Shown in pieces: positions 9,851 through 19,830 of a stretch of DNA of 64,000 nt. The translations under genes were made by a program, and so were the position numbers. The notes beneath the pieces are model-generated. The model was not told where the DNA came from, did not search any database, and saw only the letters and a list, made by a program, of their open reading frames with translations. This DNA comes from Alphaproteobacteria bacterium (GTDB lineage Bacteria; Pseudomonadota; Alphaproteobacteria; UBA828), in contig CBDCRW010000005.1 of NCBI GenBank assembly GCA_965221125.1, positions 576,001 to 640,000 of the forward strand, in the 5' to 3' direction. Numbering within the stretch: position 1 is the stretch's first letter; each line of letters opens with the position of its first letter.

Positions 9851-10666
9851 ATGTTCAACGAACGCCAGCTCGAACGCTACGCCCGCCACATCCTGCTGCA
9901 GGAGGTGGGCGGGCCCGGCCAACAGAAGCTGCTGGAGTCCAAGGTGCTGGTCGTGGGCGCGGGCGGACTCGGCTCGCCGCTCATGCTCTATCTCGCGGCG
10001 GCGGGCGTCGGCACCATCGGCGTGGTCGACGACGACGCGGTGGCTCTCTCCAACCTGCAGCGGCAGATCGCCCATACCGAGGCCCGCATCGGCGATCTCA
10101 AGACCGAGAGCGCGGCCGAGACCGTGGCGCGGATCAACCCGGAGGTGACGGTCGAGCGTCACCCCGTCCGCCTCGGCCCGGACAACGCCATGGACCTGAT
10201 CGGGCGCTACGACCTCGTCGCTGACGGCAGCGACAACTTCGCGACGCGCTTCCTCATCAACGATGCCTGCTACCTGTCGCAAACGCCCCTGGTCTCGGCC
10301 TCGATCCTGCGCTTCGACGGCCAGCTCGCGACCTTCAAGGCGCATCTCGGCGGCGACAACCCGTGCTATCGCTGCATCTTCCCCGAAGCGCCGCCGCCGG
10401 GGCTGATCCCGTCCTGCGCCGAGGGCGGAATCCTGGGCGCCGTCGCCGGCTCCATGGGCTCGCTGCAGGCGACCGAGGTGCTGAAGGAGCTGCTGGGGAT
10501 CGGCGAGAGCCTGTCGGGCAGTCTGATCGTCTACGACGGGCTCGCCGCGGTCTTCCGCAAGATCAAGGTGAAGCCCGATCCGGCCTGCGCGCTCTGCGGC
10601 GCCCAGCCCACCATCGTCGATCTCTCGGGCCACGTGGGTGCCAACGCAGAGCACTGCGCGGCTTAG
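9851..10666 (+). CDS. moeB: Molybdopterin-synthase adenylyltransferase
   Basis: ERYARHI, GAGGLG, SNLQRQ, DGSDNF, PCYRC, CALC; start ATG 9851. Confidence 0.92.
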   Translation: MFNERQLERYARHILLQEVGGPGQQKLLESKVLVVGAGGLGSPLMLYLAAAGVGTIGVVDDDAVALSNLQRQIAHTEARIGDLKTESAAETVARINPEVTVERHPVRLGPDNAMDLIGRYDLVADGSDNFATRFLINDACYLSQTPLVSASILRFDGQLATFKAHLGGDNPCYRCIFPEAPPPGLIPSCAEGGILGAVAGSMGSLQATEVLKELLGIGESLSGSLIVYDGLAAVFRKIKVKPDPACALCGAQPTIVDLSGHVGANAEHCAA

Positions 10667-10720
10667 AGCGTTTCTCGGTCGCGGCCTGTCGCGCGTCCGT
10701 GCACGACAGACGCGCTCTAA
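10663..10720. repeat. TAGAGCG...CGCTCTA palindromic element between convergent stop codons
   Basis: TTAGAGCG (10663-10670) and CGCTCTAA (10713-10720); each end contains the TAG stop of a flanking gene. Confidence 0.65.
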
Positions 10721-11724
10721 TCTCCGGCGCTCACCACGCGGATCATCTCGTCGCGGGTGAAGCGCGGCACCGCACCGCCTGTGGAGAAGCCGACGCCGCT
10801 CCCCGCCTCGGCGCGGGCGATGGGCGCACAGGCGAAACCCTCGTCCGCAAGCGTCGCGCGCGCCGTCTCGGCGGCACCGGCGGGGAAGGCCGCGAGCAGC
10901 GCGCCGGAGGCGAGCAGGCCCCAGGGGTCGATGCCGAGCGCTTCGGCCATCGCGCGGCCCGGCTCGTACCAGAGGACGGCGTCGGCGGCGACCACGAGCC
11001 GGATGCCCGCCGTCTCCGCCATCTCGTAGAGCCCGGCCGAGAGCCCGCCCTCGGTCGGGTCGTGCATGGCGGTGGCGCCGAGCGCGGCGGCCCGAAGCGC
11101 CGCGTCCACCACCGAGATGCCGGGCTTGGTCAGCGCGCCCGCGCCCGCCGCCAGCATCGCCGGCGCCACCCTGCCCTCGAGCTGCGCGCCCGCCTCGGCG
11201 GCGAGCACCGCGGCGCCCTCCACCGGCGCGGGGCCGATCTGCAACACCACGTGCCCCGGCTCCAGCGCGGCCGTGCGGGCGAAGCCGCCGTCCTCCCGCA
11301 GGCCCATCATGTGGCCCACGACCACGGTGCGGCGCACCGCGTCGGTGATCTCGACGTGGCCGCCCACCAGCACCGCGTCGAGCGCTGCCAGCGCCTCGTG
11401 CATGCGCCGGTAGAGCACGCGCACGTCCGCCTCCGTGGTCCCCGGCGGCAGCAGGACCGTCGCGGTGAACCAGCGCGGCCGCGCACCCATGACCGCGATG
11501 TCGTTCGCGTTCACGAGCACCGCATGGGCGCCCACGTCCTGTCCGGTGAGCGTCACCGGATCGCTCGCGGCGATCAGCGCGCCGCGCTCGACGGCGACGA
11601 CGCCCGCGTCCTCGCCCACCGTCGGCGCCAGCAGAAGCTCGGGTGGCACGGGCCGCCCTGTCACCAGCACCTCTGCCAGCAGCGCAGGCGGCAGCTTGCC
11701 GACTTCGAGAACCTCGTCGCTCAT
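10717..11724 (-). CDS. AIR synthase-related (PurM/HypE-like) protein
   Basis: GKLPP, VGEDAGV, ASDPVT, NANDIAVMGA, GGHVE, MHDPTEGGL; start ATG 11724. Confidence 0.85.
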   Translation of the reverse strand: MSDEVLEVGKLPPALLAEVLVTGRPVPPELLLAPTVGEDAGVVAVERGALIAASDPVTLTGQDVGAHAVLVNANDIAVMGARPRWFTATVLLPPGTTEADVRVLYRRMHEALAALDAVLVGGHVEITDAVRRTVVVGHMMGLREDGGFARTAALEPGHVVLQIGPAPVEGAAVLAAEAGAQLEGRVAPAMLAAGAGALTKPGISVVDAALRAAALGATAMHDPTEGGLSAGLYEMAETAGIRLVVAADAVLWYEPGRAMAEALGIDPWGLLASGALLAAFPAGAAETARATLADEGFACAPIARAEAGSGVGFSTGGAVPRFTRDEMIRVVSAGD

Positions 11725-11816
11725 GTCACAGATCTCACACGATTCGCCGCCACTGAAGACCACGGCAGCGGCATGTAACAGACAACCGGGGCGTGTGCCA
11801 CCACCCCGCGGGCGCG

Positions 11817-13511
11817 TCAGCCGTCCGACGCCCCCGCGACGACCGCGAGTGGCGCGAAGGCATCGATATCGCTCACCACGTCGATCACCGCCGGCCGTCC
11901 GGCAGCGAAGGCGGTTTCCAGCGCGCCGGGGATGTCGGCGGGTTTTTCGACACGCAGGCCCAGCGCTCCCATGGCCTCGGCGATCGTGGCGAAGTCGACG
12001 TCGCTGTAGGTCCAGAGCTCGCGCCCCTGCTCGGTCTGCTGTCCGCCGTAGGCGCGGTCGAAGCCGGGCGCCCCCTGGTTGCCCGAGCTGTTGTTGTTCA
12101 CCAAGGTGACCGTGTTGATGCCGCAGCGGACGGCGGTCTCGATCTCGCCGAGGTGGTACCAGAAGCCGGCATCGCCGGTGAAGACGAAGACCGGGCGCTC
12201 CGGCGCGGCGCACTTCGCGCCGAGGCCCGCCGGGAAGGCCCAGCCGAGATGGCCGGCGCTCCGGATGTAGCTCTGCCGCGGCGAGCGCAGGTCGTACATC
12301 CCGCCCATCCACATACCGGAGTGCCCGGTGTCGGCCATGACGATGGCGTCCGCGGGCAGGTGCCGGGAAAGCTCGTGGCAGATGCGCTCCGGCCTGATGG
12401 GCACGGCGTCGGACTCCAGAAGCGGCCGGTAGCGCGCGCGCCAGTCGTCCACGATCCCGCGCGCGCGGGCCGTCCACGGCGCGCGGCGCTCTGCTGAACG
12501 GGTGTCGGCATGGTCGAGCATCCAGGCGAGCGCCAGCTTCGCGTCGGCGCAGACCGCCGCTTCGAGCGGGTAGTTGCGGCCGAGGGACTGGGGCTCGATG
12601 TCGATCTGCACCGCCGGCGTGCCGATGGGCGGCACCTGCCAGAAGTGCGTGGTCATGCCGCCGGTCTCGGAGCCGACGAAACAGACGAGGTCGGCCTCGC
12701 CCACGACCCGGTTGGCGGTCTCGCGGGAGTAGGTGCCGACCACGCCGACCGAGAGCGGATGATCGCCGGGAATGGTGTCCTTGCCGTGGAGCGAGGTCGC
12801 GACCGGGACGGCGAGGCGCTCGGCGAGCGCCACCAATTCCGCCGCCGCGCCCGATGCGCGCACGCCGCCGCCCGCGACGAAGACGGGCCGCTCGGCCGCC
12901 TCGATGGCCGCGAGCGCGGCGCGGGCGTGCTCCGGGTCGGGCGGGGGCCTGAAGGGCGGGACGCGCGCGAACAGGGCTTCCGCCAGCGGCTCCATCTCCG
13001 CTTCCTCGTAGTCGATCTGCCCCTCGTTGCCCCGGAACTGCAGGTGCACCGGGCCGGGCTTGCCCGAGACGGCGACGCGGAAGGCCTGGCGCACCAGGTC
13101 GGGTATGCGCGTCACCTCGTCCACGGTCGCGTTGAACTTGGTTACCGGCTCGAACGCGGGCACGTCGTCCAGGTCCTGGTACGCCTTGCGGAACTTGGTG
13201 TGCGGGTCGCGCCCGCCGGTCATGGCGATCACCGGCGCGTTGGCGAGATGCGCGTCGCGCAGGCCGGCGGCGAGGTTGAGCGCGCCCACCACCTGCGCCA
13301 TGCAGATGCCGGGCCGGCCGCAGGCGCGCGCGTAACCGTCGGCCATGTAGGCGGCCGCCTTCTCGGCGTGGACCTGGATGCGTCGGATCGACGTCCGCCG
13401 CTCCATTTCGGCCAGCGTGGGCCGCAGGACCGACGGCACCATGAAGACATGCGTGACGCCGTAGCCCTGCAGCATCTCCGCCAGCACGTCCGCGCCCGTT
13501 CGCTTTACCAT
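11817..13511 (-). CDS. Thiamine pyrophosphate-binding enzyme (acetolactate synthase-like)
   Basis: AAAYMADGYAR, KPGPVHL, GDAGF...NN TPP motif. Confidence 0.9.
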   Translation of the reverse strand: MVKRTGADVLAEMLQGYGVTHVFMVPSVLRPTLAEMERRTSIRRIQVHAEKAAAYMADGYARACGRPGICMAQVVGALNLAAGLRDAHLANAPVIAMTGGRDPHTKFRKAYQDLDDVPAFEPVTKFNATVDEVTRIPDLVRQAFRVAVSGKPGPVHLQFRGNEGQIDYEEAEMEPLAEALFARVPPFRPPPDPEHARAALAAIEAAERPVFVAGGGVRASGAAAELVALAERLAVPVATSLHGKDTIPGDHPLSVGVVGTYSRETANRVVGEADLVCFVGSETGGMTTHFWQVPPIGTPAVQIDIEPQSLGRNYPLEAAVCADAKLALAWMLDHADTRSAERRAPWTARARGIVDDWRARYRPLLESDAVPIRPERICHELSRHLPADAIVMADTGHSGMWMGGMYDLRSPRQSYIRSAGHLGWAFPAGLGAKCAAPERPVFVFTGDAGFWYHLGEIETAVRCGINTVTLVNNNSSGNQGAPGFDRAYGGQQTEQGRELWTYSDVDFATIAEAMGALGLRVEKPADIPGALETAFAAGRPAVIDVVSDIDAFAPLAVVAGASDG

Positions 13512-13626
13512 TGCCGAGGGTCCCCTTGTGGCTATCGCGCGTTCGCTTTGCGCGCGTTCGTGGCGTCACAATCCTGCTCGCGGCGCATCCTGTCACATCT
13601 GCCGCCGCAGCGAAGCCCGGTTGGCG

Positions 13627-13656
13627 TTGACTCGCGGGCGGGCGCGGTGGTAATGA
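13627..13656 (+). promoter_or_regulatory. Putative sigma70 promoter of the rpsM operon
   Basis: TTGACT (13627-13632) followed 16-18 nt later by GGTAAT/TAATGA. Confidence 0.5.
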
Positions 13657-13665
13657 CCCATCGCC

Positions 13666-13698
13666 AAGGCGCGCGGCGCAGGCATCGCCGCGCGCCTT
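13666..13698 (+). promoter_or_regulatory. Perfect 13-bp leader hairpin upstream of the rpsM RBS
   Basis: AAGGCGCGCGGCG-CAGGCAT-CGCCGCGCGCCTT; RBS GAGGAGG at 13708-13714. Confidence 0.55.
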
Positions 13699-13721
13699 TC
13701 CCCCATTGAGGAGGCTCCAGC

Positions 13722-14090
13722 GTGGCGCGCATTGCTGGCGTCAACATCCCGACCAACAAGCGGGTCGAGATATCGTTGACCTACATCCACGGTATCGGGC
13801 GCACCAAGGCCCGGCAGATTCGCGAGACGGTCGGGCTCCCGCCGGAGAAGCGGGTGAGCCAGCTCAGCGATGCGGAGGTCATCCGCATCCGCGAGGTGAT
13901 CGACCAGAGCTACGTGGTCGAAGGCGACCTGCGGCGCGAGGTGGCCATGAACATCAAGCGGCTCATGGATCTCGGCACCTACCGGGGGCTCCGGCATCGG
14001 CGCGGCTTGCCGGTGCGCGGTCAGCGCACCCACACCAACGCACGCACCCGCAAGGGGCCGGCGCGCCCGATTGCGGGCAAGAAGAAGTAG
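13722..14090 (+). CDS. rpsM: 30S ribosomal protein S13
   Basis: [35 protein letters not shown]. Confidence 0.99.
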   Translation: MARIAGVNIPTNKRVEISLTYIHGIGRTKARQIRETVGLPPEKRVSQLSDAEVIRIREVIDQSYVVEGDLRREVAMNIKRLMDLGTYRGLRHRRGLPVRGQRTHTNARTRKGPARPIAGKKK

Positions 14091-14102
14091 AGGGCAGCGA
14101 AC

Positions 14103-14489
14103 ATGGCGAAGCCGACGCGCACGCGGCGCCGCGAGCGGAAGAACATCTCCTCCGGCATCGCCCATGTCAGCGCCACCTTCAACAGCACGATGATCACCAT
14201 CACCGACGTCCAGGGCAACGCGATCGCCTGGTCGTCGGCCGGCAGCATGGGCTTTCGCGGCTCGCGCAAGTCGACCCCCTACGCCGCCCAGATGGCGGCG
14301 GAGGAAGCCGGCCGCAAGGCCGCCGAGCACGGCGTGAAGTCGCTCGAGGTCGAGATCAAGGGTCCGGGCTCGGGCCGCGAATCGGCGCTGCGCGCGCTGC
14401 AGAGTGCAGGCTTCGTGATCACCGCGATCCGCGATGTCACGCCGATCCCGCACAACGGATGCCGGCCGCCAAAGAGGCGGCGCGTCTGA
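14103..14489 (+). CDS. rpsK: 30S ribosomal protein S11
   Basis: [38 protein letters not shown]. Confidence 0.99.
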   Translation: MAKPTRTRRRERKNISSGIAHVSATFNSTMITITDVQGNAIAWSSAGSMGFRGSRKSTPYAAQMAAEEAGRKAAEHGVKSLEVEIKGPGSGRESALRALQSAGFVITAIRDVTPIPHNGCRPPKRRRV

Positions 14490-14571
14490 CGGCATCGCTC
14501 CGGCGCGCAGCCGCGCGCCACATCGCTCATCCGGCGGGCGAACAACCCATCACACGGGGACAGTCTGCGTC

Positions 14572-15585
14572 ATGAAGAAGAACTGGCAGGAACTCATCAA
14601 GCCGTCCAAGCTCGAAGTGACGCCGGAGGGCGATGGCTCCCGCTTCGCCCGTATCGTCGCCGAGCCGCTGGAGCGCGGCTACGGCATGACGCTCGGCAAC
14701 GCGCTCCGGCGCATCCTGCTGTCGTCGCTGCAGGGTGCTGCGGTCACCTCGATGCAGATCAACGGCGTGCTGCACGAGTTCTCCTCGCTTCAGGGCGTGC
14801 GCGAGGACATCACCGACATCGTGCTCAACCTGAAGCTGCTCGCGCTCCGCATGCACGGCGAGGGGCCGAAGCGGATGACGCTCAAGGCGTCCGGGCCGGG
14901 CGAGGTCACGGCGGCGCAGATTCAGGCCGGCCACGGCATCGAGATCGTCGATCCCGGCGTGGTGATCTGCACGCTCGACGAGAACGCGCAGATCGACATG
15001 GAGTTCATGGTCGAGACCGGCAAGGGCTACGTCCCCGCTGCGCAGAACCGCCCGGAGGACGCGCCGATCGGGCTGATCCCGGTCGATGCGCTCTACAGCC
15101 CGGTGCGCAAGGTCGCCTACAAGGTGGACAACACCCGCGTGGGCCAGGTGACCGACTACGACAAGCTGACCATGCGGGTCGAGACCAACGGCACCGTCTC
15201 GCCCGAGGATGCCATCGCGCTCGCCGCGCGGATCATCCAGGATCAGCTGCAGCTCTTCATCAACTTCGAGGAGCCGCACGAGCTGCCGCGCGCCGAAGAG
15301 GCGGTCGAGCCAGAGTTCAACCCGAACCTGCTGCGCAAGGTGGACGAGCTGGAGCTTTCGGTCCGCTCCGCCAACTGCCTCAAGAACGACAACATCATCT
15401 ACATCGGCGACCTGGTGCAGTACTCCGAAGCCGAGATGCTGCGGACGCCCAACTTCGGCCGCAAGTCGCTCAACGAGATCAAGGACGTGCTGGCCGGCAT
15501 GGGCCTCTATCTCGGCATGGAGCTCAGCGACTGGCCGCCCGAGAACATCGAGGAGCTGGCCAAGAGGCTGGACGAGCCCTACTAG
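14572..15585 (+). CDS. rpoA: RNA polymerase alpha subunit
   Basis: [47 protein letters not shown]. Confidence 0.99.
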   Translation: MKKNWQELIKPSKLEVTPEGDGSRFARIVAEPLERGYGMTLGNALRRILLSSLQGAAVTSMQINGVLHEFSSLQGVREDITDIVLNLKLLALRMHGEGPKRMTLKASGPGEVTAAQIQAGHGIEIVDPGVVICTLDENAQIDMEFMVETGKGYVPAAQNRPEDAPIGLIPVDALYSPVRKVAYKVDNTRVGQVTDYDKLTMRVETNGTVSPEDAIALAARIIQDQLQLFINFEEPHELPRAEEAVEPEFNPNLLRKVDELELSVRSANCLKNDNIIYIGDLVQYSEAEMLRTPNFGRKSLNEIKDVLAGMGLYLGMELSDWPPENIEELAKRLDEPY

Positions 15586-15620
15586 GGCGCGTACCGGGCC
15601 ACGCCGCAGGGGGACAAGCC

Positions 15621-16058
15621 ATGCGCCATCGACATGGCCAACGCAAGCTGAACCGGACGTCGAGCCACCGCCGCGCGATGTTCCGCAACATGGCGACGTC
15701 GCTGCTCAAGCACGAGCAGATCGAGACCACCGTGCCGAAGGCGAAGGAGCTGCGTGGCGTGGTCGAGCGCATGATCACGCTCGGCAAGCGCGGCGACCTC
15801 CACGCGCGCCGGCAGGCGCTGGGCTACCTCGTGGACGAGGCGGTGGTGCGCAAGCTGTTCGACACGCTGGGCCCCCGCTACGCCGAGCGCCCCGGCGGCT
15901 ACACGCGCGTGCTCAAGGCCGGCTTCCGCTACGGCGATTCCGCGCCCATGGCGATCATCGAGCTTGTCGAGCGGGACGAGGACGAGAAGGGCAAGGATTC
16001 CGGCCCCGTCCCCGGCGACGACGACGACGAGATCGAGGAGGAAGAGGCCGCCGCGTAA
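15621..16058 (+). CDS. rplQ: 50S ribosomal protein L17
   Basis: [33 protein letters not shown]; acidic tail. Confidence 0.99.
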   Translation: MRHRHGQRKLNRTSSHRRAMFRNMATSLLKHEQIETTVPKAKELRGVVERMITLGKRGDLHARRQALGYLVDEAVVRKLFDTLGPRYAERPGGYTRVLKAGFRYGDSAPMAIIELVERDEDEKGKDSGPVPGDDDDEIEEEEAAA

Positions 16059-16100
16059 GGCGTCGCGCGCCTCTCCACACCCCCCTCGACAGACCCCGAT

Positions 16101-16733
16101 TCAGGTCGGGAACACCTCTCGCAACTCGGCGACCTGCTCGTCCGTCAGCAGCCGCACCGGCGCGCCCCGCAGCAGCAGGTGCAGCTTCGCCGTCTCCTCC
16201 AACTCTTCCGCCGCATAGACCGCCGCGTCCAGCGCCTTCCCCGCCACCACGGGGCCGTGGTTGGCGAGCAGCACGGCGTGATGGTCTTCGGCGAAGTCGT
16301 ACACGGCCGAACCCAAGGCGCGGTCGCCCGGCCGGTAGTAGGGGATGAGCGGCAGCCGGCCCACGCGCATCACGTAGTAGGCCGTGAGCGGCGGCAGCAC
16401 GTCCGCCGGATCGACATCGGCGAGGCAGGAGACGGCGACCGAGCAGGTGCTGTGCAGATGTACGATGGCGCGCGCGTCCGGCCGGGCGCGGTACATCGAC
16501 TGGTGAAGGAAGGCCTCCTTCGACGGCGCATCGCCGGAGAGATGCGCACCGTCCGGCCCGAGCTTCGCGATCCGCGCGGGGTCGAGCCGGCCGAGGCAGG
16601 AGTTGGTGGGCGTCACCAGGATGCCATCGTCGAGCACGACGCTGATGTTGCCGGACGCGCCGCAGCCGTAGCCGCGCGTGAACAGGGATTCGCCGTGAAG
16701 GGCGATCTGCTCGCGAAGGGCGCTCTCGCTCAC
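16101..16733 (-). CDS. otnC: 3-oxo-tetronate 4-phosphate decarboxylase (class II aldolase)
   Basis: [48 protein letters not shown]; GTG 16733 overlaps the otnK stop. Confidence 0.88.
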   Translation of the reverse strand: MSESALREQIALHGESLFTRGYGCGASGNISVVLDDGILVTPTNSCLGRLDPARIAKLGPDGAHLSGDAPSKEAFLHQSMYRARPDARAIVHLHSTCSVAVSCLADVDPADVLPPLTAYYVMRVGRLPLIPYYRPGDRALGSAVYDFAEDHHAVLLANHGPVVAGKALDAAVYAAEELEETAKLHLLLRGAPVRLLTDEQVAELREVFPT

Positions 16734-18028
16734 GGCAGGACCGTGAACGCCCGGGTGAAGAAGTCCGGCCCGCCGAAGTTGCCGGACTTCAGCGCGAGGT
16801 GGAGCCGGGGCTCGCCCACGCTCATGGTCCAGGGCACGCCGGGGTCGATCTCGGCCCCGATGCGGAGCGCCTGCACGCCGAGCGCGCCGACCACCGCGCC
16901 TGCCGTCTCGCCGCCGGCCACCACCAGCCGGCCCACGCCCGCGTCCACGAGGCCGCGCGCGATACGGGCGAGGCAGCGCTCGATCATGGCGCCGGCCTTG
17001 TCCGCGCCGAGCCGCTTCTGAATCCGCCTGACCCGCGCGGGCGGAGCGCTCGCGTAGATCAGGACCGGCCCGTCGGCGAGCCTGGGCCGCGCCCAGGCCA
17101 GCGCCTCCGCCGCCACGCGCCGGCGCGCGGCGAGCGCCTCGGCATCGACGAAGAACGCCGGACACGACGCCGCCATGGTCTCGATCTGCCCGAGCGTCGC
17201 CGGCGAGCAGCTTCCGGCGATCACCGCCGCGTGCCCGCTCGACGCCGGCAGCGTGGCCGCCTCCCCCGCCGCAACGAGCAGCCCGGCCGCCCGGAAGTTC
17301 GCCGGCAATCCCATGGCGACGCCGGAGCCGCCCGTCATCAGCGGCAGGTTCGCGCACGCGGCGCCGATGGCCATGAGGTCCTCGTCGGCGATGGCATCGA
17401 CGACGGCGTGGCGCGCGCCGGCGCCCTGCAGCCCGTCGAGGGCGCGGCGGATGGCATCGGCGCCCTCGCGCACCGTCGCGTGCTCGACCAGCCCCACCGG
17501 GCGGGGCGTCTGCGCGCCCAGCACCGCCACGAGATTGGAGTCCCGCATGGGCGTCAGCGGGTGGTTGCGCATGCCCGAGTTCTCGAGCAGCACGTCGCCC
17601 ACGAAGAGGTGCCCCTTGTAGACGGTGCGCCCGTTGGTCGGGAAGGCCGGGCAGGCGATGGCGAGGCCGGCGCCGAGGTCGTCGAGCAGCGCGTCGGCCA
17701 CCGGCCCGATGTTGCCGCGCGGCGTGGAATCGAAGGTCGAGCAGTACTTGAAGAAGATCTGCCGCGCACCGCCTTGCTTCAGCCATGCGAGCGCCGCGCG
17801 GGACTCGCGAACGGCCTTGGCCGGCGCCACCGTGCGCGACTTGAGCGCGACCACCACGGCATCGGCATCGGGCACCGGGGTCTCCGCGCGCGGCACGCCG
17901 ATCACCTGGACCGTGCGCATGCCGCCCGCCACCAGCGTGTTGCAGAGGTCGGTCGCGCCGGTGAGGTCGTCGGCGATCGCGCCGAGCAGAAGCCCCGTTC
18001 TTCGCCGCCTGCCGCCGCGCCGCGCCAT
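16730..18028 (-). CDS. otnK: 3-oxo-tetronate kinase (DUF1537)
   Basis: GAIADDLTGATD, FKYCSTFDST, MRNHPLTPMRDS, AGGETAG, LKSGNFG. Confidence 0.92.
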   Translation of the reverse strand: MARRGGRRRRTGLLLGAIADDLTGATDLCNTLVAGGMRTVQVIGVPRAETPVPDADAVVVALKSRTVAPAKAVRESRAALAWLKQGGARQIFFKYCSTFDSTPRGNIGPVADALLDDLGAGLAIACPAFPTNGRTVYKGHLFVGDVLLENSGMRNHPLTPMRDSNLVAVLGAQTPRPVGLVEHATVREGADAIRRALDGLQGAGARHAVVDAIADEDLMAIGAACANLPLMTGGSGVAMGLPANFRAAGLLVAAGEAATLPASSGHAAVIAGSCSPATLGQIETMAASCPAFFVDAEALAARRRVAAEALAWARPRLADGPVLIYASAPPARVRRIQKRLGADKAGAMIERCLARIARGLVDAGVGRLVVAGGETAGAVVGALGVQALRIGAEIDPGVPWTMSVGEPRLHLALKSGNFGGPDFFTRAFTVLP

Positions 18029-18030
18029 GG

Positions 18031-19245
18031 TCAGGCGAAGGCCTGGATGCCGGTCTGCGCCCGGCCGAGGATCAGGGCGTGGATGTCGTGGGTGCCCTCG
18101 TAGGTGTTGACCGCCTCGAGGTTCATGACGTGGCGGATCACGTGGAACTCGTCGCTGATGCCGTTGCCGCCGTGCATGTCGCGGGCGGTGCGCGCCATCT
18201 CCAGCGCCTTGCCGCAGGAGTTGCGCTTGATCAGCGAGATCATCTCGGGCGTGGCGCGGCCCTCGTCGAAGAGCCGGCCCACGCGCAGGCACGCCTGCAG
18301 GCCGATGGCGATCTCGGTCTGCATGTCGGCGAGCTTCTTCTGGATGAGCTGGTTGGCGGCGAGCGGCTTGCCGAACTGCTTGCGGTCCATGGTGTAGTCG
18401 CGGGCCGCCCGCCAGCAGAACTCGGCGGCGCCGAGCGCGCCCCAGCCGATGCCGTAGCGGGCCCGGTTGAGGCAGCGGAAGGGGCCGGACAGCCCGCTCG
18501 CGCCGGGCAGCTCGTTCTCCGCCGGCACGAACACCTCGTCCATCTGGATCATGCCCGTGACCGAGGCGCGGAGCGAGAACTTGCCCTCGATCTTGGGCGC
18601 CGCCAGCCCCGCCATGCCCTTCTCCAGCAGGTAGCCCCGGATCGTGCCCTCGTCGTTCTTGGCCCAGACCACGAAGACATCGGCGATAGGCGAGTTGGAG
18701 ATCCAGTTCTTCGCGCCGGAGAGGAGGAAGCCGCCGTCGACCGCCCTGGCGCGGGTCGTCATGCTGCCGGGGTCGGAGCCCGAGTCCGGCTCGGTGAGGC
18801 CGAAGCAGCCGATGGCCTCGCCGGCAGCGAGCCGCGGCAGCCACGCCTGCTTCTGCGCCTCGGTGCCGTAGGCGTCGATGGGATACATCACCAGGCTCGA
18901 CTGCACGCTCATCGCCGAGCGGTAGCCGGAATCCACCGCCTCGATCTCCCGCGCCGCGAGGCCGTAGCAGACGTAGCTCACGCCGGCGCAGCCGTGGCCC
19001 TGGATGGTCGATCCCAGCAGGCCGAGGGCGCCCATCTCGTTCATGATCGCGCGGTCGAAGCGCTCGTGCCGGTTCGCCTCGAGGATGCGCGGCATCAGCT
19101 TCTCTTGGGCGTAGGCGCGGGTGGTGTCCCGCACCAGCCGCTCGTCCTCGCCGAGCTGATCGTCGAGAAGGAAGGGATCGTCCCACTGGAACGCGGGCTT
19201 CGTGCGGGGCGGTGCGGCCTCGGCGGCCGCGGCGGACTGGACCAT
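18031..19245 (-). CDS. gcdH: Glutaryl-CoA dehydrogenase
   Basis: [55 protein letters not shown]. Confidence 0.93.
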   Translation of the reverse strand: MVQSAAAAEAAPPRTKPAFQWDDPFLLDDQLGEDERLVRDTTRAYAQEKLMPRILEANRHERFDRAIMNEMGALGLLGSTIQGHGCAGVSYVCYGLAAREIEAVDSGYRSAMSVQSSLVMYPIDAYGTEAQKQAWLPRLAAGEAIGCFGLTEPDSGSDPGSMTTRARAVDGGFLLSGAKNWISNSPIADVFVVWAKNDEGTIRGYLLEKGMAGLAAPKIEGKFSLRASVTGMIQMDEVFVPAENELPGASGLSGPFRCLNRARYGIGWGALGAAEFCWRAARDYTMDRKQFGKPLAANQLIQKKLADMQTEIAIGLQACLRVGRLFDEGRATPEMISLIKRNSCGKALEMARTARDMHGGNGISDEFHVIRHVMNLEAVNTYEGTHDIHALILGRAQTGIQAFA

Positions 19246-19272
19246 GATTCCCTCCTGGACGATGCGCCGTTT

Positions 19273-19542
19273 TAGCCCGCATTTCTCACCAAGGCCACGG
19301 CCTGCGTCGTGCCCAGGCGTTCGATCCGCCAGGAGCGGGCCGAAAAGCGTATCGGGGAATACGGTTGAGGCCCGCGACGCCGCGGGCGGGCGCCTGGGCG
19401 CGACCCGAAGGGCGGCGCTCTCCGGCCGACATGCTGCGTCGATGCGCTTGCCCGATGTCCCTGCATCGCGCTGCGCGCCTCTCCTTGCCTGTCGGCCGGA
19501 CAGCGCCGCGCAGACCATGACCTTGGTGAGAATTGCGGGCTG
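19273..19542. mobile_element. MITE-like non-autonomous element, 270 bp, with 28-bp terminal inverted repeats
   Basis: Left TAGCCCGCATTTCTCACCAAGGCCACGG (19273-19300) and right CCATGACCTTGGTGAGAATTGCGGGCTG (19515-19542), 24/28 complementary; long internal stems; no transposase. Confidence 0.7.
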
Positions 19543-19568
19543 GCCCGCATTTCTTATCAAGGCCACGG
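19541..19568. repeat. Third copy of the same terminal repeat, back-to-back with the element
   Basis: TGGCCCGCATTTCTTATCAAGGCCACGG, 25/28 identical to the left end. Confidence 0.7.
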
Positions 19569-19770
19569 TGAGGGATGCGGGCGGACGGCCCGGACCATGG
19601 TGCGGTGCAGGGTGCGCACGCGCTGCGTCAGGATCGCGCCATGAAGCAGGGGAGCATACGCGCCGCCGCGGCCGAAAGCAGGACCGGGGGACGCGCGGGG
19701 CTGCGGCAAATGGCCCCGCACGAGCACCGCCCAGGCCGTTGCGGGGGCCGTTCGGACACCCGGCAGCCCA

Positions 19771-19830
19771 TCTCGCCTTGTCTCACTTTGTCTCGCCTTG
19801 TCTCGGAATATCTCGGCTTATCTCGGCTTT
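19771..19830. repeat. Tandem array of six 10-bp units, each beginning TCTC
   Basis: TCTCGCCTTG TCTCACTTTG TCTCGCCTTG TCTCGGAATA TCTCGGCTTA TCTCGGCTTT. Confidence 0.85.

Noticed and set aside
11817-13511. Calling either TPP enzyme (also 58305-59972) biosynthetic ilvB/ilvI
   Set aside because: No ilvH/ilvN or ilvC adjacent, and motifs are divergent
13722-16058. Missing rpsD in the alpha operon, and the acidic L17 tail
   Set aside because: rpsD is normally elsewhere in Alphaproteobacteria, and variable L17 tails are common
10717-19566. Apparent fusions or N-terminal extensions in the ORF track (959, 561, 850 and 511 aa)
   Set aside because: Upstream parts are off-frame read-through of neighbouring genes; real starts are 11724, 16733, 18028 and 19245
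19771-19830. Decamer array as a CRISPR
   Set aside because: Units are 10 bp with no unique spacers and there are no cas genes
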